32,000 nt of DNA, from positions 3,150,001-3,182,000 of the forward strand of contig LT962688.1 in assembly GCA_900234795.1 (NCBI GenBank), in the 5' to 3' direction. Source of the stretch: Methylorubrum extorquens. Its GTDB lineage: Bacteria; Pseudomonadota; Alphaproteobacteria; Rhizobiales; Beijerinckiaceae. The position numbers and the translations under genes were made by a program. Positions 17,352-26,522 of this stretch are shown one piece after another (position 1 is the stretch's first letter; every line of letters starts with the position of its first letter). The notes under the pieces are model-generated. The model saw nothing but the letters and a program-made list of their open reading frames with translations, was not told the DNA's origin and made no database searches.

Positions 17352-18589
17352 TCAAGCACGGGCCGGCGCGTCGGCGAGATAGGTCAGGAGCGCGAGCCAA
17401 GTCGGCAGGCAGTGACGCCGCCGGTCGTAGCGGTCGATCACCGTCCGCCGGGCCGCCTCCCGCAGGGGCCGCCACCGTTCGGGCGTGCGGCAGGCGTCGA
17501 TGAGCGCTTCCGCCAGGGCGTCGGCATCAAAGAAATCGCGGACGATCCCGTTCACGCCGTCCCGCACACCTCCCGCACCGGCGCGGTGTCCGAGGCGATC
17601 ACAAGGCATTCGCACGCCATCGCCTTCAGGAAGACCCGCGAAAGCGAGAAGGGATAGGTGTAGGCGACATGCGCCGTGGCCACCGAGAGGGCGGCCACCA
17701 TCTCCGCGTGCGTGAGCCGCTGGAGGAAGTGGAGGCGATCGAGATCGAGCCGGCCGTCCAGCTCGGCCAGCAGGCGTTCCTTCCACGTCTGCAATTGGGC
17801 CCCCTTTGCCACGCCATTCCCGCGCCCGTCGCTCCCAATCACCAGGATCTCGGCCTGGGGCACGGCTTCGAGCAGCGCCGGTAGGGCACGCATGAAGGTC
17901 GGGAAGCCGCGCAAAGGCTCCAATTGCCGGGCGATAAAGGTGATGACCGGCCAAGCCTTGGTCAGCTTTCGCCCGTTCGGCAGATGCACGACGGCATGGG
18001 GATCGTAGCGGACCTCATCCGTATCGATGCCTTCGTGTATTACACTGGCCTGCGCCCGCAAGCCCGCCGGCAGCAGGCTGCGCTGGAACTCCGTCGGGCA
18101 GACCAGCCGCTCGGCCTCGGCATAGGCCATGGCCAACGCCGCATTCCCGGCGCGGTCGCGCACGCGGTCTTCGAGGTTGGGCGGGCGCGTCCACTCGGAA
18201 TCGAAGCCGAGCGCATCCCCGTCCGCCCGGTAATACGGCGCGTAGGCGAACCGACGCGCCCGCGGAAAGACTTGGTTGAGCAGCAGCGATTCACCGCGCC
18301 CCGGATGCCCGACGATGACGGCCGGGTCGAAGCCGTGCTTGCGCAGGTCGAGCGCGCATCGCAGGGCGGCGGTGGCGTTGATGAATGCTGCTTCGGTCGG
18401 ATGGGCCAGCGGGAACAGGCCCGGCGTCACCTTCCGCCCCGGACGCCATCGCAGGATCGGCAAGCCGGCCAAGCCCGGTGCGGCCTCTCCGGCGATGGCC
18501 GCGCAGCGATGCCTTCGATCCATCAGCGCCTCGGCGAGAAAGCCGAACGGGCCTGGGAAATGGTCGTGAACGAACAGAAAATCCGTCAT
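17352..18589 (-). pseudogene. GT4-family (group 1) glycosyltransferase with an apparent 1-nt deletion near 17565-17569
   Basis: The upstream frame (ORF 17552..18820, real start MTDFLFVHDHFPGPFGF at 18589) ends ...CLVIASDTAPVREVCGTA*. The downstream frame (ORF 17352..17954) continues VRDGVNGIVRDFFDADALAEALIDA.... Joined, they give the GT4 motif ...PVREVVRDGVNG.... The span is 1238 nt, i.e. 3n+2. Confidence 0.75.
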
Positions 18590-19198
18590 TCCGGAGCGCC
18601 GGTACCCTCTCGTCCAACGGCGCAACGCAGCGGGCGCTGACATGCGCCTTCTTCTGCACCAAAGGGTTGAGCGGCTCAGCTGGGGCAATTCATCCGCGTC
18701 GGCGCTTCGCCAGTGCAAAAAATCTGCGTCGGACGACGGCGCTTCGTCGCGGAAGCGGGTGCCGCAGCCGATTAAGCGCGGCCTAGCCTGCGTCGCAAAG
18801 GCGCGGCGCCCGTGCGGCAAAGCGCGGCGGCGTGAATTTTGGGACGTACAGTCAATGCGTCGAGAGAGTTCGCGGTTAGCGTCCGGGGCCAGTCAGCCAG
18901 ACGTCACCGTGAAGAATGACCATGTGTGGAAAAGAAACCGTCCAGTATGGACGTCCTCGGCGCCGCCGGCACGAGGCCTGGATCTACCGGCGCTCGACGC
19001 GCATCGTGCCGCTGTTGCTTCGCGGGAAAGAGAAGACCGATCGGGCCGGAGATACGAGGCTTCAGCCCAGCGACAACGACAATGCGGCGGCACGGGACGC
19101 CTCGAGCCGGTACGAGCCGCGCGATCGGCAGGCGTCGCTCGCATCGCGGTGAACCGCGTGGCGGGGCCCAAGGCCCCTCCCCTCCGGCGCGATAGATG

Positions 19199-19306
19199 TC
19201 AGCGCGGCTCCCTCCGCGCCTTCGCCCAGGCGGCAAACAGGTAGCCGACGCCGCTCAACCCCAGGATGCCGGCGATAATGCCGAGCCAGATCAACCCACC
19301 TTCCAT
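19199..19306 (-). CDS. unlisted small membrane protein (35 aa, single TM helix, basic C-terminus)
   Basis: MEGGLIWLGIIAGILGLSGVGYLFAAWAKARREPR*. The ATG at 19304-19306 is preceded by gagcggggaatgac, with the Shine-Dalgarno-like gggga about 6 nt upstream. 31/35 third positions are G/C. It is too short for the ORF track. Confidence 0.45.
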   Translation of the reverse strand: MEGGLIWLGIIAGILGLSGVGYLFAAWAKARREPR

Positions 19307-19535
19307 GTCATTCCCCGCTCATGCCTGAACGAGGAACGCGGATAGGGCCTCTGGTTTCAGTTTTCGCCTGCACCGGACAATGCGGTTCGTCCGCACGCCC
19401 CCGGAGCGGGATGTTCAGGCGTGGAGCCTACATCGATCGCGGACGAGCTTCGTGACAGAGGTGTTCCGTCGGAGACGCTTGTTCCGAGCCGGCAGGCACT
19501 GGTGGGCCCGCCTCTGAATCATCCTGCGCCCGGAT

Positions 19536-19611
19536 TGGTGGGCGGTGACGGGCTCGAACCGCCGACCCTCTCCGTGTAAAGGAGACGCTCTACCAACTGA
19601 GCTAACCGCCC
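19536..19611 (-). tRNA. tRNA-Val (anticodon TAC)
   Basis: The reverse complement is GGGCGGTTAGCTCAGTTGGTAGAGCGTCTCCTTTACACGGAGAGGGTCGGCGGTTCGAGCCCGTCACCGCCCACCA (76 nt). The anticodon stem-loop is TCTCC-TT-TAC-AC-GGAGA, and CCA is encoded. Confidence 0.93.
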
Positions 19612-19691
19612 GATCCGGCGCCGCGAAGCGTTACGGAAGGGATTGCGGCTGCGCAAGGTGGGGCTCGCCCTCTTCCCCCGATCCGCGCACG

Positions 19692-19721
19692 AAAAAGGCC
19701 CCAGAGCGGCGCTCCGGGGGC
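19692..19721 (-). terminator. rho-independent terminator downstream of lon
   Basis: The minus strand reads gcccccggagc-gcc-gctctggggcc followed by ttttt, about 30 nt after the lon stop. Confidence 0.65.
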
Positions 19722-19748
19722 TTCGTTCGTTCGATACGAGCGAGAGGA

Positions 19749-22169
19749 TTAGTGGGCGATGACCGCCGCGCCGTCCTCATCCCGCTTCGGCGTCTTGGCC
19801 GGGAGGGGCTCGTCCCACTCGATGGGCTCGGGCTGACGCACGAGGGCGTGCTGCAGCACCTGATCCATCCGCGAGACGGGGATGATCTCCAGACCGTTCT
19901 TCACGCTGTCGGGCACCTCGGCGATGTCCTTGGCGTTCTCTTCCGGGATCATCACCGTCTTGATGCCGCCGCGGAGTGCGGCGAGCAGCTTCTCCTTCAG
20001 ACCGCCGATCGGCAGGACGCGACCGCGCAGGGTCACCTCGCCGGTCATCGCCACATCGCGGCGCACCGGGATGCCGGTGAGCGTCGAGATGATCGCGGTG
20101 GCCATGGCGATACCGGCCGACGGACCGTCCTTCGGGGTCGCCCCCTCCGGAACGTGGACGTGGATGTCCCGACGCTCGAACAGCGGCGGCTCGATGCCGA
20201 AATCGATGGCCCGCGAGCGGACGTAGGACGCCGCCGCCGAGATCGACTCCTTCATCACGTCGCGCAGGTTGCCCGTGACCGTCATCTTGCCCTTGCCGGG
20301 CATCATGACGCCCTCGATGGTCAGCAACTCGCCGCCCACCTCGGTCCAGGCCAGACCCGTCACCACGCCGACCTGATCGTCCGCGTCGATCTCGCCGTAG
20401 CGGAACTTCGGCGGGCCGAGGAATTCCGGCAGCGTCTCGGGATTGGCCTCGACCTGCTTCACCTTGGTGATCAGGATCTCCTTCACCGCCTTACGGATCA
20501 GGTTGGAGATCTCGCGCTCCAGGTTACGGACGCCCGCCTCCCGCGTGTAGCGGCGGATGAGCATCATCAGGCCGTCATCGGTGATCGACCACTCGTCGGG
20601 GGTGAGCCCGTGCTTCTTGACCGCCTCCGGGATCAGGTGGCGGCGGGCGATCTGGAGCTTCTCCTCCTCGGTGTAGCCGGCGATACGGATCACTTCCATC
20701 CGGTCCATGAGCGGGCCGGGGATGTTGAGCGTGTTCGCCGTCGTCACGAACATCACGTTCGACAGGTCGTAATCGACCTCGAGGTAATGGTCGTTGAAGG
20801 TGGCGTTCTGCTCGGGATCGAGAACCTCGAGGAGCGCCGCGGACGGATCGCCGCGGAAGTCCATGCCCATCTTGTCGATCTCGTCGAGCAGGATGAGCGG
20901 GTTCGAGGTCTTGGCCTTGCGCATCGACTGGACGATCTTGCCGGGCATCGAACCGATATAGGTCCGGCGGTGACCGCGGATCTCGGCCTCGTCACGCACG
21001 CCGCCGAGCGACATCCGGACGAATTCGCGGCCCGTGGCCTTGGCGATCGACTTGCCGAGCGAGGTCTTGCCGACGCCGGGCGGGCCGACGAGGCAGAGGA
21101 TCGGGCCGGTGAGCTTGTTCGCCCGCTGCTGCACGGCGAGGTACTCGACGATCCGGTCCTTGACCTTGTCGAGGCCGAAGTGATCCGAGTCGAGGACCTG
21201 TTGGGCCCCGAGCAGATCCTTCTTGATCTTCGAGCGCTTGCCCCACGGGATGCCAAGCATCCAGTCGAGGTAGTTGCGCACGACCGTGGCCTCGGCCGAC
21301 ATCGGCGACATCTGCCGCAGCTTCTTCAGCTCGGCGGTGGCCTTCTCGCGGGCCTCCTTCGTCAGCTTGGTCTTCTCGATCTTGTCTTCCAGTTCGGCCA
21401 GCTCGTCACGACCGTCCTCGTCGCCGAGTTCCTTCTGGATCGCCTTCATCTGCTCGTTGAGGTAGTACTCGCGCTGGGTCTTCTCCATCTGCCGCTTGAC
21501 GCGGGTGCGGATGCGCTTCTCCACCTGCAACACGGAGATCTCGCTCTCCATCAGCGACAGCACGCGCTCGAGGCGCTGCGCCACCGTGGGGATTTCGAGG
21601 ATCGCCTGCTTGTCGGCGATCTTGACCGCGAGGTGCGAGCCGACGGTGTCGGCGAGCTTGGACGGCTCGTCGATCTGCGTGACGGCGGAGACGACCTCGG
21701 GGGAGATCTTCTTGTTGAGCTTCACGTAGTTCTCGAACTCGGAGATCACCGAGCGGGCGAGCGCCTCGGCCTCGACGCGATCACCGAGGTCATCGGTGAG
21801 CGTGAGAGCCTGCGCCTCGTAATACTCGTCCGAGCGCACGAAGGACTCGATCTGCGCACGGCCTGCGCCCTCGACCAGCACCTTCACGGTGCCATCGGGC
21901 AGCTTGAGAAGCTGCAGCACGGAGGCAAGCGTACCGATCGTGTAGATCGCGTCGGTGGCCGGATCGTCGTCGCTGGCATTGATCTGCGTCGCGAGCACGA
22001 TGTGACGGTCCGAGCGCACAGCCTCTTCGAGCGCGCGGATCGACTTCTCGCGGCCCACGAACAGGGGCACGATCATGTGCGGAAAGACGACGATGTCGCG
22101 CAGCGGCAGGACGGCGTAGGAGCCCGTCGAACCGGGAACGACCGGCTGGCGCGATTTCGACTGGGTCAT
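19749..22169 (-). CDS. lon: ATP-dependent endopeptidase Lon
   Basis: 806 aa. [24 protein letters not shown] (LON N-domain), [15 protein letters not shown] (Walker A), [12 protein letters not shown] (Walker B), and [11 protein letters not shown] with the catalytic Ser. Confidence 0.97.
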   Translation of the reverse strand: MTQSKSRQPVVPGSTGSYAVLPLRDIVVFPHMIVPLFVGREKSIRALEEAVRSDRHIVLATQINASDDDPATDAIYTIGTLASVLQLLKLPDGTVKVLVEGAGRAQIESFVRSDEYYEAQALTLTDDLGDRVEAEALARSVISEFENYVKLNKKISPEVVSAVTQIDEPSKLADTVGSHLAVKIADKQAILEIPTVAQRLERVLSLMESEISVLQVEKRIRTRVKRQMEKTQREYYLNEQMKAIQKELGDEDGRDELAELEDKIEKTKLTKEAREKATAELKKLRQMSPMSAEATVVRNYLDWMLGIPWGKRSKIKKDLLGAQQVLDSDHFGLDKVKDRIVEYLAVQQRANKLTGPILCLVGPPGVGKTSLGKSIAKATGREFVRMSLGGVRDEAEIRGHRRTYIGSMPGKIVQSMRKAKTSNPLILLDEIDKMGMDFRGDPSAALLEVLDPEQNATFNDHYLEVDYDLSNVMFVTTANTLNIPGPLMDRMEVIRIAGYTEEEKLQIARRHLIPEAVKKHGLTPDEWSITDDGLMMLIRRYTREAGVRNLEREISNLIRKAVKEILITKVKQVEANPETLPEFLGPPKFRYGEIDADDQVGVVTGLAWTEVGGELLTIEGVMMPGKGKMTVTGNLRDVMKESISAAASYVRSRAIDFGIEPPLFERRDIHVHVPEGATPKDGPSAGIAMATAIISTLTGIPVRRDVAMTGEVTLRGRVLPIGGLKEKLLAALRGGIKTVMIPEENAKDIAEVPDSVKNGLEIIPVSRMDQVLQHALVRQPEPIEWDEPLPAKTPKRDEDGAAVIAH

Positions 22170-22338
22170 GGGTTCTTCCCTTATGTGTTGACGCCGGGCA
22201 GTCGCTCCTCAACGGCGAGCAAGCATCTTGCCAGGTGCCGACCGGGCCGCGAAGGGTCGGAAGCGGATAATCAGTTTGCGGCTGGTGGCGCGGGCCCGAC
22301 CTTTCGGGGGATGAAGCGTGGAGCCCTGCGTTGAGCCT

Positions 22339-22368
22339 GAAATGGTCGTTGCGGGGGGCGCTTTCAAG
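22339..22368 (-). promoter_or_regulatory. candidate RpoH (sigma-32)-type heat-shock promoter upstream of lon
   Basis: The minus strand reads CTTGAA-(17 nt)-CCATTTC, about 170 nt upstream of the lon ATG. This resembles the CTTGAA...CCCCATnT / CYTATnT heat-shock consensus. It is a match by eye only. Confidence 0.4.
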
Positions 22369-22388
22369 CGCGGGCGTCCCCCGGAACG

Positions 22389-22423
22389 AAAAAGGGCCGC
22401 CGGCTTAAAAACCGTGCGGCCCC
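22389..22423 (-). terminator. rho-independent terminator downstream of clpX
   Basis: The minus strand reads gggccgc-(15-nt loop)-gcggccc followed by ttttt, starting 14 nt after the clpX stop. Confidence 0.6.
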
Positions 22424-22436
22424 GGATGTTTGCCGG

Positions 22437-23708
22437 TCAGGCGCTGACGCTGGCCGGGGCTTCCTTATTGCGGTCGCCGTGGATGAAGAGCGGCCTGGAT
22501 TTGCCCTCGACCACCTCCGGGCCGATGACCACCTGCTCGACGGATTCGAGACCGGGCAGGTCGTACATCGTGTCGAGGAGGATGGTCTCCAAGATCGATC
22601 GGAGGCCGCGGGCGCCGGTCTTGCGCTCGATGGCCTTGCGGGCGACGAGGCTGAGCGCCTCGTCCTGGAAGGTCAGCTCGACGTTCTCCATCTCGAACAG
22701 GCGCTGGTACTGCTTGACCAGCGCGTTCTTGGGCTCCTGCAGGATCTTCTTGAGGGCCTCCTCATCGAGATCCTCCAGCGTCGCCAGAACCGGCAGACGG
22801 CCGACGAATTCCGGGATCAGGCCGAACTTCAGCAGATCCTCGGGCTCGACCGAGCGGAACACCTCGCCGGTGCGGCGATCGTCGGGCGCCTGGACGCTGG
22901 CACCGAAGCCGATCGAGGTCCCCTTGCCGCGCTGGGAGATGATGCGCTCCAGCCCGGCGAAGGCACCGCCGCAGATGAACAGGATGTTCGTGGTGTCGAC
23001 CTGCAGGAACTCCTGCTGCGGGTGCTTTCGGCCGCCCTGGGGAGGCACGGAGGCGACGGTGCCTTCCATGATCTTCAGGAGTGCCTGCTGCACGCCCTCG
23101 CCCGAGACGTCGCGGGTGATCGAGGGGTTGTCCGACTTGCGGGAGATCTTGTCGATCTCGTCGATGTAGACGATGCCGCGCTGCGCCCGCTCGACGTTGT
23201 AGTCGGAGGCCTGGAGCAGCTTGAGGATGATGTTCTCGACGTCCTCACCGACATAGCCCGCTTCGGTCAGCGTGGTGGCGTCGGCCATGGTGAAGGGCAC
23301 GTCGAGGATGCGGGCGAGCGTCTGCGCGAGCAGCGTCTTGCCCGAGCCCGTCGGCCCGATCAGCATGATGTTGGACTTGGCCAGTTCGACGTCGTTGTGC
23401 TTCGTCGCGTGGGCCAGCCGCTTGTAGTGGTTGTGCACGGCGACCGAGAGAACCTTCTTGGCGAAGTCCTGGCCGATGACGTAGTCGTCGAGGACGCGCC
23501 GGATCTCCTTCGGGGTCGGCACCCCGTCGCGGGACTTCACCAGCGAAGACTTCGATTCCTCGCGGATGATATCCATGCACAGCTCGACGCACTCGTCGCA
23601 GATGAACACCGTCGGGCCCGCAATCAGCTTGCGAACCTCGTGCTGGCTCTTGCCGCAGAACGAGCAGTACAGCGTGCTCTTCGAGTCGTTGCCGCCTGTC
23701 TTGCTCAT
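22437..23708 (-). CDS. clpX: ATP-dependent Clp protease ATP-binding subunit ClpX
   Basis: 423 aa. Zinc-finger N-terminus [27 protein letters not shown], Walker [16 protein letters not shown], and [10 protein letters not shown]. Confidence 0.97.
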   Translation of the reverse strand: MSKTGGNDSKSTLYCSFCGKSQHEVRKLIAGPTVFICDECVELCMDIIREESKSSLVKSRDGVPTPKEIRRVLDDYVIGQDFAKKVLSVAVHNHYKRLAHATKHNDVELAKSNIMLIGPTGSGKTLLAQTLARILDVPFTMADATTLTEAGYVGEDVENIILKLLQASDYNVERAQRGIVYIDEIDKISRKSDNPSITRDVSGEGVQQALLKIMEGTVASVPPQGGRKHPQQEFLQVDTTNILFICGGAFAGLERIISQRGKGTSIGFGASVQAPDDRRTGEVFRSVEPEDLLKFGLIPEFVGRLPVLATLEDLDEEALKKILQEPKNALVKQYQRLFEMENVELTFQDEALSLVARKAIERKTGARGLRSILETILLDTMYDLPGLESVEQVVIGPEVVEGKSRPLFIHGDRNKEAPASVSA

Positions 23709-23774
23709 GTCGGTCTCCGGTTCGCGGGCGCGGCCCCAGCCAGGAGGACACGCGCGTCGTTCATACGATGTAAG

Positions 23775-23813
23775 CGCATCCGCCTAAAGAAACAGTCACA
23801 CAGGGCGGATGCG
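23775..23813 (-). promoter_or_regulatory. 10-bp perfect inverted repeat in the clpP-clpX intergenic region (possible attenuator or processing hairpin)
   Basis: cgcatccgcc (23775-23784) ... ggcggatgcg (23804-23813) with a 19-nt loop. There is no U-tract. Confidence 0.3.
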
Positions 23814-23959
23814 TCGGGATTGAGGCACTGTCATCCCGATGCAATCATGCAGCCGGCTCGGGATCAACCGGCCTCTCGGCTGGGGCGGGCGCCCAAAAGA
23901 CGCATGACCCGACAAGGTCGGGCCAGCTGACCCCGGGCGCCTCAGGTATCTCGTCCTAA

Positions 23960-24586
23960 TCAGGCGGCGGCCGGCTCGGGACGCTTGTGCAGGATGTCGT
24001 CGATCAGGCCGAACTCCTTGGCCGCGTCGGCGGTCATGAAGTTGTCGCGCTCGAGCGCCTGATGGATCGTCTCGTACTCGCGGCCGGTATGCTTCACGTA
24101 GATCTCGTTCAGGCGCTTCTTGAGCGCCTCGATCTCGCGGGCATGGATCAGGATGTCGGTGGCCTGACCCTGGAAGCCGCCGGAGGGCTGGTGCACCATG
24201 ATCCGGGCGTTCGGCAGGGCGAAGCGGTGGCCGGCCTCGCCTGCGGCCAGCAGGAGCGAGCCCATCGACGCAGCCTGGCCGACGCAGAGCGTCGTGACGG
24301 GGCAGCGGATGAACTGCATCGTGTCGTAGATCGATAGGCCCGAGGTCACCACGCCGCCGGGCGAGTTGATGTAGAAGGAGATTTCCTTCTTCGGGTTCTC
24401 GGCTTCCAGGAACAGGAGCTGGGCGACGATCAGCGACGCGCCCTGGTCCTCGACGGGGCCGGTGAGGAAGATGATCCGCTCGCGCAGAAGCCGCGAGTAG
24501 ATGTCAAACGCGCGCTCGCCGCGGCTCGACTGCTCGACCACCATGGGCACGAGCGAGTTGTGGAAGTAATCGACCGGATCTCTCAT
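23960..24586 (-). CDS. clpP: ATP-dependent Clp protease proteolytic subunit ClpP
   Basis: 208 aa. [43 protein letters not shown] (active-site Ser), and MVHQPSGG. Confidence 0.97.
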   Translation of the reverse strand: MRDPVDYFHNSLVPMVVEQSSRGERAFDIYSRLLRERIIFLTGPVEDQGASLIVAQLLFLEAENPKKEISFYINSPGGVVTSGLSIYDTMQFIRCPVTTLCVGQAASMGSLLLAAGEAGHRFALPNARIMVHQPSGGFQGQATDILIHAREIEALKKRLNEIYVKHTGREYETIHQALERDNFMTADAAKEFGLIDDILHKRPEPAAA

Positions 24587-24717
24587 TTCAGCCCTCGGCT
24601 CCGGGTCCGGCCCCGGGGCGAATCGCCCGAGGCCGGATGGTTACAGCGAACACGGCAAGCGTTAACGCCGCCTGATCTCAAAGATCGCCGCCCGCCGCGG
24701 AGCCGGTGGGTCGGCGA

Positions 24718-26154
24718 TCAGCCGGCAGCCTTGTCGGCCGCCGCCTCGTTGTTGGACTCGCTCGGCTTCTCGTCCGTCGCGGCCCCGCCGGTCACGGCGT
24801 CGGCCTCGTCGTCTTCGGCGAAGAGCGCCTCCTTGGAGACGGGTTCCTCGACGACTTGGACCTGACCGAGGACATGGTCGACGACCTTCTCCTCGAACAG
24901 CGGCGCGCGAAGCTCGGCGAGCGCCTGCGGATTGTTGCGGTAGAAGTCGTAGACCTGCTTCTCCTGACCCGGGAACTGCCGGATCCGGGCGAACAGGGCC
25001 TGATTGACCTCGTCATCCGAGACCTTGATATCGGCGGTCTCGCCGACTTGCGCAAGCACCAGACCGAGCCGCACGCGGCGCTCGGCGATCTTGCGGTACT
25101 CCGCCTGCGAAGCCTCCTCGGTCGTGCCCTCGTCCTCGAAGGTCTTGCCGCGAGTCTTCAGGTCCTGCTCGACCTGCGCCCACACGGCGGCGAACTCCTG
25201 GTGGACAAGGCTCGGGGGCAGGTCGAAGGCGTACTTGCCGTCGAGCGCGTCGAGCAGCTCCTTCTTGAGCTTGCGACGGGACTGGGCCTCGTAATCGGAG
25301 CCGACGGCCTTGGAGACGGCTTCCTTCAGCTTCTCGAGGTCGTCCATGCCGAAGCGCTTGGCGAGTTCGTCGTCGATCTTGGTCTCGCCGGGGGCTGCGA
25401 CGGCCTTCACGGTCACGTCGAACTCGGCGTCCTTACCGGCGAGCTGCTCGGCCTGGTAATCGGCCGGGAAGGCCACCTTTACGAGGCGGCTGTCGCCGAC
25501 CTTGGCGCCGACGAGCTGGTCCTCGAAGCCGGGGATGAAGGTGTTGGAGCCGAGCTCCAGATCGACGTCCTCGCCCTTGCCGCCCTCGAACTCGGTGCCG
25601 TCGATGCGGCCGACGAAGTCGATGGTGACGCGGTCGCCGGACTGCGCCTCGGCGCCCTCCTCGCGCGGCTCGAAGGAGCGGCTGTCCTTGGCCATCCGCT
25701 CGAGCGTCTCATTGACCTCCTCGTCGGAGGGCTTGAGCACGAGCTTCTTGATCGAGACGTCGGAGAGGTCGGCGAGTTCGAAGCTCGGCAGCACCTCGAG
25801 CTTCACCTTGAAGGCCAGATCGCCCTTGGCATCGAGCGCGCGCTCGATGATGGTCTGCTCCTCGTCCTTCGGGAACTCGATCTGGGGCTCGAGCGCGAGG
25901 CGCAGGCCCTTGTCGGTGACGATCTGCTGGTTGGCCTCGTTGACGGCGTTCTGCAGCACGTCGGCCATCACCGACTTGCCGTAGACCTTGCGCAGATGCG
26001 CGACCGGCACCTTGCCGGGGCGGAAGCCCTTGATCTGGACCTTGCCCTTGATGTTCGAGAGCTCGGTGTTGAGGCGATCCTCAAGCTCGTTCGCGGGGAG
26101 GAGCACCTGAAACTCGCGCTTCAGCCCCTCGGAGGTCGTCTCGGTCACCTGCAT
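24718..26154 (-). CDS. tig: trigger factor
   Basis: [25 protein letters not shown]...[20 protein letters not shown] (the ribosome-binding GFRxGxxP motif), a PPIase-like middle region and an acidic C-terminus. I chose the ATG at 26152-26154 (478 aa). The ORF extension to 26316 runs into the tRNA. Confidence 0.95.
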   Translation of the reverse strand: MQVTETTSEGLKREFQVLLPANELEDRLNTELSNIKGKVQIKGFRPGKVPVAHLRKVYGKSVMADVLQNAVNEANQQIVTDKGLRLALEPQIEFPKDEEQTIIERALDAKGDLAFKVKLEVLPSFELADLSDVSIKKLVLKPSDEEVNETLERMAKDSRSFEPREEGAEAQSGDRVTIDFVGRIDGTEFEGGKGEDVDLELGSNTFIPGFEDQLVGAKVGDSRLVKVAFPADYQAEQLAGKDAEFDVTVKAVAAPGETKIDDELAKRFGMDDLEKLKEAVSKAVGSDYEAQSRRKLKKELLDALDGKYAFDLPPSLVHQEFAAVWAQVEQDLKTRGKTFEDEGTTEEASQAEYRKIAERRVRLGLVLAQVGETADIKVSDDEVNQALFARIRQFPGQEKQVYDFYRNNPQALAELRAPLFEEKVVDHVLGQVQVVEEPVSKEALFAEDDEADAVTGGAATDEKPSESNNEAAADKAAG

Positions 26155-26274
26155 CGTCGTTCGTCCGCTGTTTTCTAAAACCGCAATCTCGTCTTCGCGT
26201 GTCGCTGCGCCGGGGAAGCCCCCTTGCGGAAGCTCCGGCGGGAACCGTTCGGGTTCCTGACGCCGATACGGACA

Positions 26275-26359
26275 TGGTGCGGGCGGAGGGGCTCGAACCC
26301 CCACGTCTTGCGACACTGGAACCTAAATCCAGCGCGTCTACCAGTTCCGCCACGCCCGC
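26275..26359 (-). tRNA. tRNA-Leu (anticodon TAG)
   Basis: The reverse complement is GCGGGCGTGGCGGAACTGGTAGACGCGCTGGATTTAGGTTCCAGTGTCGCAAGACGTGGGGGTTCGAGCCCCTCCGCCCGCACCA (85 nt). It has the long variable arm typical of Leu and the anticodon stem-loop CTGGA-TT-TAG-GT-TCCAG. Confidence 0.92.
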
Positions 26360-26522
26360 AAGCGCCATCGACACGAGCCCGGATACCGGGCCGTCGAAGC
26401 GCGCGTCTATAGCACGCGCACCCGAGCCCGCAGCAAAAAACTTGCGGGGCGCCGCGTGCGGTGGCGGGCCGGACGAAGCCTGTCTACAACGCGAGCCCGA
26501 CCGAACGACGACGCGAGACGCC

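Noticed and set aside
18642-19244. 200-aa + strand ORF in the gene-poor interval
   Set aside because: It is extremely Arg-rich and low-complexity with no RBS. It overlaps several equally poor ORFs and the well-biased 35-aa minus-strand ORF.
19545-22334. 929-aa ORF on the + strand, the longest ORF in this region
   Set aside because: It lies exactly antisense to lon, whose translation has unmistakable Lon motifs. The + strand product is Arg/Asp/Leu/Gly-rich with no recognisable domain. This is the usual high-GC antisense-ORF artefact.
26199-26522. N-terminal extension of the multicopper-oxidase ORF
   Set aside because: It runs antisense through tRNA-Leu (26275..26359). The ATG at 26523 gives a canonical twin-arginine signal peptide at the proper distance from the N-terminus.
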